Shown in pieces: positions 36,099 to 43,838 of a stretch of 64,000 nt of DNA. Made by a program: the position numbers and the translations under genes. Every line of letters starts with the position of its first letter. Within the stretch, counting starts at the first letter, position 1. The stretch is from an uncultured virus (IMG/VR IMGVR_UViG_2855689977_000003). Its lineage: Duplodnaviria > Heunggongvirae > Uroviricota > Caudoviricetes. The stretch lies in the IMG/VR virus record IMGVR_UViG_2855689977_000003, one strand, 5' to 3'. The notes beneath the pieces were generated by a model. It was not told where the DNA came from. It ran no database searches and saw nothing but the letters and a program-made list of their open reading frames with translations.

Positions 36099-36445
36099 CA
36101 GAGATCCTTCTCAAGGTGGGTGAGCACCGGGAACAGGCTGATGCCGAGCAGCACCATGCCAGCTGCAGCGACCCACGCGGAGGTGGTGTGCCCGGTGAGG
36201 ATGGCGGCCAGGGCGGCGACGAGGTCGGCGAGGACGCCGGCCGTGAGGGCCACGGCGATCCGGGTCCAGTTCACCGGCCGGGGCACGGCGAGGACGAAGG
36301 GTCGGGCGCCGGCGGCGCGCAGTTGTCCGATCCGCTCGTAGAGCTGCTGGAGACCGTTGGCGGGCAGGGTGATGATTCGGCCGGCGAGGGCGCGCAGCGG
36401 CGAGCCTGGGGGGATGTAGCCGCACACGTGGTGGGTCGGGGTCAT
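36098..36445 (-). CDS. Two-TM membrane protein
   Basis: RBS GGAAGGA; two hydrophobic helices. Confidence 0.65.
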   Translation of the reverse strand: MTPTHHVCGYIPPGSPLRALAGRIITLPANGLQQLYERIGQLRAAGARPFVLAVPRPVNWTRIAVALTAGVLADLVAALAAILTGHTTSAWVAAAGMVLLGISLFPVLTHLEKDL

Positions 36446-36523
36446 GATGGTGGTCCTTCCTTCCGGGGAGGGCCCGGGGCGCGGCGCTTGCTCTTGGTCG
36501 GGTGAGCCGCGCCCCGGGGGCGT

Positions 36524-37786
36524 CTACTTCTGGCTGCTCTTCCAGCGCTTGACGGTGGCCACGCTGACCTCGGCGGCCTCGGCCAGCTCCGGGTTGGTCG
36601 GCTCGCGCTTGAGCCGGCGGGTGAGCCGGGCGTGAGCCTGGCTGAGCTTCTTGGCGGTGTCGGTCGCGGCCGGTTTGGTGACCCGTTCGGTGACCCTGCC
36701 GCGAGCCGGTACCTGAGCCGCTGCGGCGGGGGCGGATGAGCCATTGACCGGCTCACGGACCGGCTCATCCGGGGCGTCCCGGACCAGCTCAGGCAGCGGG
36801 CCGATCTGCGCCGCGAGGCGAGCCGGCATCCGGATCCCGCCCAGCTCCACCAACGGCTCACGGCGGGGCCGCACCGGCAGGGCGTGGTGGTGGGCGACGT
36901 GCACCTGGCGGCGGAGCGTGTGGACCGCGCGCCGGGTGTCGGCCAGCGTCTGGTCGAGCTGCTGGCGCGTCCAGTCGTCCACCTCGCCAGCCCGGGACGG
37001 CGGCGGGGGCGTCAGGTCCAGCTCGGCGAGCCGGGGCGCGCCCAGCCACGGCTGGGCGTTGCTGACGTAGGAGTCGAAGAGGCCGATGAGGAACGCGGTC
37101 CCGGCCGCGCCGACCGGGCCAACCGAGTGGGCCAGCGCGCCGCCGAGGGCGTCCAGGCCGGTGCCGGCCCACCCGCCGGCCATGTTCAACGCCACCGACG
37201 TACCAAGGGCCGCCCACTCGGCGACGGTCGCCCGCCAGTCGGTGTCGCCACCCGACGACCGCAGGATCGCCCGGCCGACGATGATCAGCGCAACGATGGT
37301 CAGGAGTGCGGGCTCCATCGCCCACGCCGCCCACCACCCGGCCGACTCGTGGTCGAAGCCGAGGAGCCGGACCACGCCGGCCTGAACCCCGGCGGTGGAC
37401 CACGCGCCGAACGCGATCAGGACGGGGACGCCAGCCAGGAGGGTGGCCGACCGGACTCGGGCGATGCGCAGGGCACGCATCTCGGCCGACCGATTGATGT
37501 CGGTACGGATGCGAGCGCGGGCGCCGGAGCGGGTGGCGCGGCGGTACAGCTCGGCGAGGGCTGCGGCCTCTTCCCCGTCGCGGTCGCGTCCGCGGCGGGC
37601 CCGGCGGCGGGTCTCGGTCAGCTCTTCGACCTGGGCGAGGGCGTCGCGGTGCTCGGCGTCGAGGCGGCGGCGCTCGCGCAGGTCGGTGCGCTGCACGTCG
37701 ATGACGGCGCGCTGCTCGGCGAGCTGCTCGGCGAGATCTCGCGCGGTACGCGCCTCGGCTGGCGGCCTTCGGCGGATCAGCTTCAT
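36524..37786 (-). CDS. SpdB/DUF2637-like protein: coiled coil, about 4 TM, C-terminal HTH
   Basis: 'WSTAGVQ..WAMEPAL..SVALN..HSVGP'; C-terminal 'REPTNPELAEAAEVSVATVKRW'. Confidence 0.7.
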   Translation of the reverse strand: MKLIRRRPPAEARTARDLAEQLAEQRAVIDVQRTDLRERRRLDAEHRDALAQVEELTETRRRARRGRDRDGEEAAALAELYRRATRSGARARIRTDINRSAEMRALRIARVRSATLLAGVPVLIAFGAWSTAGVQAGVVRLLGFDHESAGWWAAWAMEPALLTIVALIIVGRAILRSSGGDTDWRATVAEWAALGTSVALNMAGGWAGTGLDALGGALAHSVGPVGAAGTAFLIGLFDSYVSNAQPWLGAPRLAELDLTPPPPSRAGEVDDWTRQQLDQTLADTRRAVHTLRRQVHVAHHHALPVRPRREPLVELGGIRMPARLAAQIGPLPELVRDAPDEPVREPVNGSSAPAAAAQVPARGRVTERVTKPAATDTAKKLSQAHARLTRRLKREPTNPELAEAAEVSVATVKRWKSSQK

Positions 37787-37797
37787 GCCGGCCAGTA

Positions 37798-37831
37798 TGA
37801 CACACTAGGCACGCTTGACACATTAGGCACG
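37798..37831. promoter_or_regulatory. Direct-repeat operator over the promoter of the 37786 operon
   Basis: TGACACAYTAGGCACG at 37798 and 37816; -10 CATACT at 37794-37799 (-). Confidence 0.65.
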
Positions 37832-37891
37832 GTGAGGGGAGCGCTCGTGTCGATCACTGCCACAGTCGGCCCGCCCGCTACGATCGGCACG

Positions 37892-38128
37892 ATGGCCAGG
37901 ACGGTGGAGGAACTGGAGCGCGCGCTCGACGCGGGCGAGTGGCTGCGGCCCGCCGATGTCGCTGAGCTGCTCGGCGTCTCCAAGAGCACCGTGGTGCGGA
38001 TGCTGAACGCCGACCCGCCCGGGCTCCGCTTCCGCCGGAAGGCCGGCACCGGACGGCACCGCGAGGTTCATCCCGAGGACGTGCGCCGGCAGCTGGCTGC
38101 CCGCCGCCAGGTGCACGGCGAGCAGTAG
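37892..38128 (+). CDS. Divergent HTH regulator
   Basis: 'WLRPADVAELLGVSKSTVVRML'; leaderless after TACGAT. Confidence 0.8.
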   Translation: MARTVEELERALDAGEWLRPADVAELLGVSKSTVVRMLNADPPGLRFRRKAGTGRHREVHPEDVRRQLAARRQVHGEQ

Positions 38129-38139
38129 CCCAGACGCAG

Positions 38140-38172
38140 AGCCGCCCCCGACTGCACTGGTCGGGGGCGGCT
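38140..38172. terminator. Bidirectional hairpin between convergent genes
   Basis: AGCCGCCCCCGAC / GTCGGGGGCGGCT. Confidence 0.7.
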
Positions 38173-38184
38173 TCGTTGTGCGGG

Positions 38185-38385
38185 TCAGCGGGCGAACGCA
38201 CCGCCCCTGGCGTTGGTCACGAACGCCCGCCAGTCACCCGGGGCGAACACCAGCGCCGGGCCGGTCTTGTCCTTCGAGTCCCGCACCCCGACCGCGCCGG
38301 TCACGTAGGCGACCTCCACGCAGTTGTCGCAGTTCGGGCCGCTCTTGCTGCTCTTGAACCATGTCGCGCCGGTCAGATTGATCAT
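38185..38385 (-). CDS. DUF397-family protein
   Basis: 'WFKSSKS..NCVEVA..VGVRDSKD..GPALVF..W.AF'. Confidence 0.93.
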   Translation of the reverse strand: MINLTGATWFKSSKSGPNCDNCVEVAYVTGAVGVRDSKDKTGPALVFAPGDWRAFVTNARGGAFAR

Positions 38386-38603
38386 CGCTTCGCTCCGTAT
38401 TCCGTCGGCCGCTGGTTTCGGCCGGTCGTCTGCTTGGGTGGTCCAAGGTGGTAGCGGTCGGTCTCGATGAGCGCCGCGAAGGCATCGGCGCGGGCCTGGC
38501 ATCGACGCGGAGTGTGGCAGATGGGGCAGACACCGCCGCGCTGCCGATGATCGTCAAGGATCTGCCACCAGCCTGCCACCTGATCGGCGCGGGGCGCGGT
38601 CAC
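38382..38603 (-). CDS. Small Cys/His protein
   Basis: 'DDH..CPICHTPRRC'; coupled on both sides. Confidence 0.6.
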   Translation of the reverse strand: MTAPRADQVAGWWQILDDHRQRGGVCPICHTPRRCQARADAFAALIETDRYHLGPPKQTTGRNQRPTEYGAKR

Positions 38604-38797
38604 CACAGCCCCGCGATACGACCAACCGCGGCGACCAGGACGACGGCGCCGATGACGCAGCCGTAGACCACCTCGCGGGTGGCAAGGGGGAGCCGGCGCG
38701 GCCGGTGGGGAACGGTCTGCCCGTCGGGCTGCGGTGGCAGGCCGTACGGGTCTGGGTGCACGGGCGGGAGCGGGCCTGTGTGGGGGCGCTCAACCAT
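38600..38797 (-). CDS. Small C-terminal-TM protein
   Basis: RBS AGGAGG; Pro-rich then hydrophobic. Confidence 0.6.
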   Translation of the reverse strand: MVERPHTGPLPPVHPDPYGLPPQPDGQTVPHRPRRLPLATREVVYGCVIGAVVLVAAVGRIAGLW

Positions 38798-38919
38798 CGC
38801 CGGATCCTCCTCAGGGGTGGAGGCGGGACCGGGCGGGGAAGCGGGTGAAAGTCCGGGGGGACCTGCCACCGGTCCCCCGCCCGGCCGGGCGCTCCCTGCT
38901 GAGGAGAGGCCCTGAAGGC

Positions 38920-38963
38920 AACTTAGAGTGCAGAGTATGCAGAGTCAACAGAGCATGCACAGT
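38920..38963 (-). promoter_or_regulatory. Housekeeping-sigma promoter overlaid by 9-bp-period repeats
   Basis: TTGACT-17 nt-TAAGTT on the minus strand; CAGAGT-like units at 38931, 38940, 38949 and 38958. Confidence 0.7.
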
Positions 38964-39013
38964 GTGTCATCGGAGGTGCCACGATCGGGGGGCTGAGGAG
39001 AGGTGGCCCCGCC

Positions 39014-39241
39014 ATGCCCCGAAAGTCCATCCGTGACCAGGTGATCGAGGACGTCACCAACTCGATCCGGTCCGGCCAGCTCCGGCCGGGCGACAAGCTG
39101 CCGTCCATCGCCGAGCTGTGCGCGACGTACAAGGCAAGCGCCACCCCGATCCGGTTGGCGCTGGTGCTCCTCGACGAGCGCGGCTGGATCGAGGTACATC
39201 AGGGCAAGGGGAGCTACGTGGCCGAGCGCCCACCGGCCTGA
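39014..39241 (+). CDS. GntR-family wHTH-only regulator
   Basis: 'IRSGQLRPGDKLPSIAEL..GKGSYV'. Confidence 0.88.
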   Translation: MPRKSIRDQVIEDVTNSIRSGQLRPGDKLPSIAELCATYKASATPIRLALVLLDERGWIEVHQGKGSYVAERPPA

Positions 39242-39338
39242 TCGGCCGAGCGGCGACCGATGCAATGGAAGTGCGTAGGACCCGGGGATCCCCGGTCCCT
39301 CGGCTCCTAAGTGGATATGCGCTCCGTACCGTGCGGGA

Positions 39339-39743
39339 GTGATCGACTTCCGGGCGGAGCGGGCTGTCTACCAGCAGCTCGCCGATCTGCTGCGCGAGCA
39401 GATCGTGTCCGGGGACGTCGAGCCTGGCGGGCTGCTGCCGTCCAGCACTCGACTGGAGCAGGAGCACGGGGTGAGTCGGGAGACCGTGCGGCGGGCGCTG
39501 GCGGTGCTGCGCTCGGAGGGCTTGGTGGTCACCGAGCCCAGCTACGGTACGCGGGTGCGGGTGGCCGAGGAGCGGGCGCGGGTTGCGGTGCCCCGCGGGG
39601 CGTCGGTGATCAGCCGGCCTGCCACGGTCGAGGAGCGCGAGCAGCTGGACGTGGCGTTGGGCGGTCACGTCCTTGTGGTGATGGTCGGCGGTCGGGTGCG
39701 TGGCCGGTACGCGGCGGATCGGACCGAGTTGACCTTCTCATGA
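39339..39743 (+). CDS. GntR-family regulator
   Basis: 'VYQQLADLLREQIVSG..LPS..VSRETVRRAL'; leaderless after TACCGT. Confidence 0.88.
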   Translation: MIDFRAERAVYQQLADLLREQIVSGDVEPGGLLPSSTRLEQEHGVSRETVRRALAVLRSEGLVVTEPSYGTRVRVAEERARVAVPRGASVISRPATVEEREQLDVALGGHVLVVMVGGRVRGRYAADRTELTFS

Positions 39744-39977
39744 TCGCCGATCTTGATAGGTTCGTACACCTGTACGAGGCGTTCTGACCCTTAAATCACC
39801 TTGTCGGTACAGGCCGTATTTTGCACATCACGCACAGAGAATCGGGATGTAACGGTCATCTGACCTTGCAACTTGCGCTGTGCATACCCCTGAGCGCTCG
39901 CATTAGATCGACATCTGCGCCAATATGGGCCCCTGCTGATCCCTTGCTCAGCCTGGCCGGACAGGTCAGCACCTGAG

Positions 39978-40448
39978 TTGTCGCGCCTCATTCCGGGGAG
40001 GGTCGTGCCGCACCGACCGTGGGCCATCCGAACCGCACTCGCGGCCGGCCTCGCCGCCACCGTGCTGGTCGTGCCCACTCCGGCTCCCGCCGCTACCGCC
40101 GACCCTTCCTCCGTCGAGGTCGCCCCGGCCGGCGTCCCTGCCGTCGCCCTACTTGCTGGTCCCGCGCCGTCCACGGTCACCATTCCGGCCGCCGCGCCGA
40201 GCGCCGCAGAGACCGCCATCGCCGCCATCGGCACCGTCCGCTGCCGCGACGTTCCCTGCCCTCCGCACCCAGCCGACTGGACCGCATCCACCCTCGCCGT
40301 CCTCAAGCAACCCCACCCGGCTGCGGAGTTGCAGGCCACCGAGCAGGCCGGCCTGGACTTCCCCAATCTCCAGCGGCTGCACCGGGTCCGCCCGCGTTCG
40401 ACGCTTCTCACCGGCCGCGCAACACACCTGGATCCAAGACCGGCGTGA
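39978..40448 (+). CDS. Possible secreted hypothetical protein
   Basis: Signal-peptide-like N-terminus; start and integrity uncertain. Confidence 0.35.
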   Translation: MSRLIPGRVVPHRPWAIRTALAAGLAATVLVVPTPAPAATADPSSVEVAPAGVPAVALLAGPAPSTVTIPAAAPSAAETAIAAIGTVRCRDVPCPPHPADWTASTLAVLKQPHPAAELQATEQAGLDFPNLQRLHRVRPRSTLLTGRATHLDPRPA

Positions 40449-40563
40449 CCCGATCCGCCCACCACACTGGTGGGAGACGGCGCCGGCCGCCCCAGGTGTG
40501 CCCGGCTGGAGGTGACCCGGACCTCCGAATCACACCCCCGCTCGATAGATCGGAGCACCAGCT

Positions 40564-40875
40564 GTGCAGCACTGCAAGACCCGGTCCTCCAACATCCTGC
40601 TCGCGTGCGCCGTCGCCGTGTTCATCGTCGCGGGCGTGCTCGCCTTCGTTGACGGCCACGTCAGCGGCAGGGCTTTCGCTGCCGGACTTGTCGGCCTGGG
40701 CGTCGCCACCGCCGCGCTGGCCGCCAACACCCGCGCGGTCGGCGCCGGACTCGAGGTGTCCGTGGCACGCGCCCCTCGGGCCGAGTACCACAGGGGTTAC
40801 GGCGACTGCGCCGAAGACATGTTCCGCGGTGCGCTCGACGACCCGGGGGAGGACCCGGATGGCCGCAACCCCTGA
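40564..40875 (+). CDS. Two-TM membrane protein
   Basis: Two hydrophobic helices; GC3-rich. Confidence 0.55.
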   Translation: MQHCKTRSSNILLACAVAVFIVAGVLAFVDGHVSGRAFAAGLVGLGVATAALAANTRAVGAGLEVSVARAPRAEYHRGYGDCAEDMFRGALDDPGEDPDGRNP

Positions 40876-40903
40876 CCGCAGGGTTGCAGCAAATGGTTGC
40901 AGT
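40864..40903. promoter_or_regulatory. Prophage 1 integrase arm-type sites (right)
   Basis: GGGTTGCAGC and TGGTTGCAGT at a 13-bp period, plus inverted CGCAACCC. Confidence 0.6.
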
Positions 40904-41007
40904 ACCAAGAATGAACATGGTTTGCCATAGGTGGTAATAGCGTTCCGAGCAGGGGCGGGACGCCACCACGATCACCCATGTTGAACCCTGATCCGTCGAT
41001 CCGATCA

Positions 41008-41051
41008 ACTCGTAATGCGTAGGTCGACGGTTCGATTCCGTCAGGCGGCTC
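41008..41051 (+). other. att core: 3' half of tRNA-Thr(CGT), not a complete tRNA
   Basis: Anticodon loop CT-CGT-AA, stem half TGCGT, AGGTC, T-arm GACGG-TTCGATT-CCGTC, acceptor half AGGCGGC-T; the 5' half is absent. Confidence 0.9.
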
Positions 41052-41059
41052 GGAGGGGC

Positions 41060-41091
41060 AAGCCCCTGGTCATGCTGGTGGCCAGGGGCTT
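41060..41091. terminator. Terminator hairpin between the att core and int
   Basis: AAGCCCCTGG / CCAGGGGCTT. Confidence 0.8.
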
Positions 41092-41142
41092 CTTCGTGTC
41101 CGCCGCCGGTCGCTTCGACCACGCCTATCCACTGATCACTAT

Positions 41143-41163
41143 CTGAGGACAATCCTGAGGACA
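41143..41163. promoter_or_regulatory. Prophage 2 integrase arm-type sites
   Basis: CTGAGGACA twice at a 12-bp period. Confidence 0.6.
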
Positions 41164-41166
41164 CAG

Positions 41167-42630
41167 CTACCCGGCAGCCTTCCGCACCCGCCGCTCGGCG
41201 AGGTCGGTCACGGGCCGGAACAGCGCCTTCTCCGCCGCCTCCGCCGCCCGCTTCGCCTGGGTGAGGCTGGGCGCCGCGTACCGGCGCGCGGTCCGGATGT
41301 CCCGCCACCCCATCGCCTGCTGCACGTCGGCGATGTCCAGCCCCGAGTCCAGCAGCATCGTCGCCGCCGTGTGCCGAGCAACGTGCGACCCGGCCCGCGG
41401 CAGGCCGGCCTCCGCCAGGATCTGGTACCAGTCCTCCAGGTCGGCGCGCGGGTCGATCGGCCGCCCGTCCGGCTGGCAGAACACGAGGTCGTTGTCCTGC
41501 CACGCCTTGCCGAGCGCTTCCTTGGCGGCGTCCTGCCGACGCTTGTGCACCCGCAGCTCCTCCGCGAGGGTCTCCGGCAGCACCACCAGATCAGTCGCCA
41601 CCTCGTCATCCTCGGGCTCAAGCCACGTCTTCGGGCGGGTGAGGACCAGGCCGCCGTCCTTGCGTTGTGGGCAGCGCGCCGCGTGCCGGGTGCATCCGGG
41701 CGGGCATGGTTCGGGGCATGGCCGCCGGTGCAGCCGGCAGCGGTCGCCGCGGGCTCGCGCGGGGCAGCGGAATGGCTGCTGGTAGCAGCTGTCCGGGTTG
41801 GCGCACCCGTGCACCCAGATCGGCTGGCACTTCTCACGGCGGCAGAACTTCGCCGCGCACTCCGCCGGGTTCTCGCAGCCGTGCCGCCACCGCAGCCGCT
41901 GCAACTGCCAGTCCTTCGCGATCGCGCCGGCGTCGAGGTCGACGCACGGCCACGTCAGGCCAAGTGCCTCACCCTGCCTGGGGCCGATAGCAAGGCCGAC
42001 TTTCCATCGCAGCGCGCCCGGACGCTTTTCAATCGCGACGACCAGGCCGCGTGCCTGCTCGACCGTCAGCGGCTTCTTTCGGCGCCCCTTGGTGCTGCCC
42101 GGATTACCGCGAATGGCTGCCACATTCCGGTGCACCAGATCACGAGCCATCGCAATTTTGAGCCCGCGCCGGATGATCGCGTGCACCTTCAGCAGATACG
42201 TCGCTGCGCGGTGGGGGCGCATTTTCGCGTACAGCGCGTCAAGGTTCGCCGCCGTTAGTTCGTCGATGACGACATCACCAATGGCGGGGAATATCCATTC
42301 GGTGCACGCCGACATGTAAGCGTCAACGGTGCGCGGGGCGAGTGGCCTTTCCAGCGTCAGATGGATCTCGGTCAGCCATTCGGTGAAGAACTTCCGGACC
42401 GTCGGCTTGCGGCCCGGCGCAACCGGGATCTTCTTGTCGGCCTTTTCCTGTAGCTCGCGGATTTCAGCCTTGATGGCGTCGGGGGTCTTTCCGTACACGC
42501 TCTTTCGGTCGTAGCGGCCATCGGCGCGTTTGCCGAGAGTCACCTTGCCCTCGTAGCGTTTCCGCTTCTCGCTCCAGATGACGGAGACTCCGCGGTACGA
42601 GAACCCCGGGCGCCCAGTCTTGCTGGGCAT
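41167..42630 (-). CDS. int: Tyrosine integrase with Cys/His-rich insertion
   Basis: GPRQGE, SHVARH, MGW and RRY motifs. Confidence 0.95.
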   Translation of the reverse strand: MPSKTGRPGFSYRGVSVIWSEKRKRYEGKVTLGKRADGRYDRKSVYGKTPDAIKAEIRELQEKADKKIPVAPGRKPTVRKFFTEWLTEIHLTLERPLAPRTVDAYMSACTEWIFPAIGDVVIDELTAANLDALYAKMRPHRAATYLLKVHAIIRRGLKIAMARDLVHRNVAAIRGNPGSTKGRRKKPLTVEQARGLVVAIEKRPGALRWKVGLAIGPRQGEALGLTWPCVDLDAGAIAKDWQLQRLRWRHGCENPAECAAKFCRREKCQPIWVHGCANPDSCYQQPFRCPARARGDRCRLHRRPCPEPCPPGCTRHAARCPQRKDGGLVLTRPKTWLEPEDDEVATDLVVLPETLAEELRVHKRRQDAAKEALGKAWQDNDLVFCQPDGRPIDPRADLEDWYQILAEAGLPRAGSHVARHTAATMLLDSGLDIADVQQAMGWRDIRTARRYAAPSLTQAKRAAEAAEKALFRPVTDLAERRVRKAAG

Positions 42631-42642
42631 CGTTCCTCCGGG

Positions 42643-43209
42643 TCAGTTGGCGGCGCGAGGCCGGCCGCGCTTGACGATCCGGCCGCGCTGGACGGGGCGG
42701 TCGGCGAGCTGGCGGATCGTCTCGCGGATGAACTCGCGCTCGAACTCGCTCACGTTGGGATCGTTGAGCTTGCGCATGAGGGTCTGGAGGTCGGAGTCCA
42801 TCGGGATCGGCTCCGGCTCCGCCCGCAGCTCGTTCTTGCCGGGCCACAGGATGGAGAACGCCGCGGCTGACGGGATGTCGAGCGCGTCGCAGAACGCCAG
42901 GACCTGCTCGGGGTTCGGCAGTTCCTTGCCGGTGGCGTTCGCCCACCGGTAGATGGTGGGGTTGCCGATGCCGGCCATCTCGGCGATCTGCACGACGCCC
43001 AGGCCGCGAACCTCCTTGGCCTGCTTGAGGACGCGGCGGACCCACTTCGCGAAGGCGTCTCTGCGCACCTCAACCGGCGGGGCCACGGGACCAAGATACG
43101 TCTCACGCGTGGAGACGATTCCCTGCTCACGACGCATTCTCCACGTGCGTTGACATCCTCGTCCCCGCGCTACGGACCGTCGAACTGTGTAGGAATACGT
43201 GTACGCCAT
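42643..43209 (-). CDS. XRE-family immunity repressor (long form ATG 43209, short form GTG 43086)
   Basis: 'VVQIAEMAGIGNPTIYRW..FCDALDI..MRKLNDPNV', homologous to the prophage 1 repressor. Confidence 0.85.
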   Translation of the reverse strand: MAYTYSYTVRRSVARGRGCQRTWRMRREQGIVSTRETYLGPVAPPVEVRRDAFAKWVRRVLKQAKEVRGLGVVQIAEMAGIGNPTIYRWANATGKELPNPEQVLAFCDALDIPSAAAFSILWPGKNELRAEPEPIPMDSDLQTLMRKLNDPNVSEFEREFIRETIRQLADRPVQRGRIVKRGRPRAAN

Positions 43210-43307
43210 GGGACAAAGGTAGGCCGCGCGGCCGGGTATCAGAATCAGCCGAACGTACGAACCTCTTCATGCACGTAGACGGGGTACGGTGTCTTCATGC
43301 GTGAAGA
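43099..43307. promoter_or_regulatory. Genetic switch with candidate operators TCTTCA-N4-TGAAGA
   Basis: Palindrome at 43292-43307; variants at 43264-43279, about 43138 and 43099-43117. Confidence 0.6.
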
Positions 43308-43560
43308 GAAGTTCTCCGACTCCAACACGCGCGAAGAGTCCGAGGTTGAGCCGCGGGTGGTGTCGGTCGAGGTGGCACAGCGCCTGCTCGGCGACGTCAC
43401 CTACCGGCAGGTCGGCCTCATGCTCAAGCGCGGCGATCTCCGTGGTTGCAAGCTCGGCCGCCGCCGGCTGATCGAGCTTGCGTCCATCGACGAGTACATC
43501 GACGCCCGGCTGGCCGAGGCGCGCAAGCTCCGCAAGAGCCGCAAGGCGGCAGCGGCATGA
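43297..43560 (+). CDS. xis: Excisionase/Cro-like HTH protein
   Basis: 'VSVEVAQRLLG..LKRGDLRGCKLGRRRLIELASIDEYI'; leaderless after TACGGT. Confidence 0.8.
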   Translation: MREEKFSDSNTREESEVEPRVVSVEVAQRLLGDVTYRQVGLMLKRGDLRGCKLGRRRLIELASIDEYIDARLAEARKLRKSRKAAAA

Positions 43561-43838
43561 CCCGCGTTGCCTGGGAGGAACCGCGCTCGCCCCGCCTGGA
43601 GCGCATACAGCACCTCCACGCGATGGCAAACGAACTCCGGGCCAATCCGGGTCGGTGGGCGGTGGCATACGACGACGTCACCCCCAACGTTGCCAGCCGT
43701 AGGGCTGGGGACATTCGCAACGGGCTACTCGCCTCGTTCCGACCGGCTGGCGCGTTCGAAGCGACGACGCGGGCGACCGCTGGACGGGCCCGGGTGTACG
43801 TGCGCTACATCGGCGAGAAGGGCGGCAGCGCGTCATGA
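43557..43838 (+). CDS. Conserved actinophage protein
   Basis: 'WEEP..LRANPGRWA..GAFEA..VYVRYIG'. Confidence 0.7.
   Translation: MTRVAWEEPRSPRLERIQHLHAMANELRANPGRWAVAYDDVTPNVASRRAGDIRNGLLASFRPAGAFEATTRATAGRARVYVRYIGEKGGSAS

Larger units (their letters stand above)
1..41051. mobile_element. Prophage 1 (temperate siphovirus-like), left att just outside the window
   Basis: Gene order int-repressor-xis-replication-terminase-portal-capsid-tail-lysis-accessory, ending at a tRNA 3' fragment. Matching GGTTGC arm repeats at both ends. Confidence 0.93.

Noticed and set aside
34799..39743. Separate integrative conjugative element or plasmid
   Set aside because: No TraB/FtsK, Rep or own integrase; it lies inside the prophage 1 arm and att boundaries.
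41008..41051. Intact tRNA-Thr gene
   Set aside because: No 5' acceptor strand, D-arm or 5' anticodon stem upstream; it is an att duplicate.
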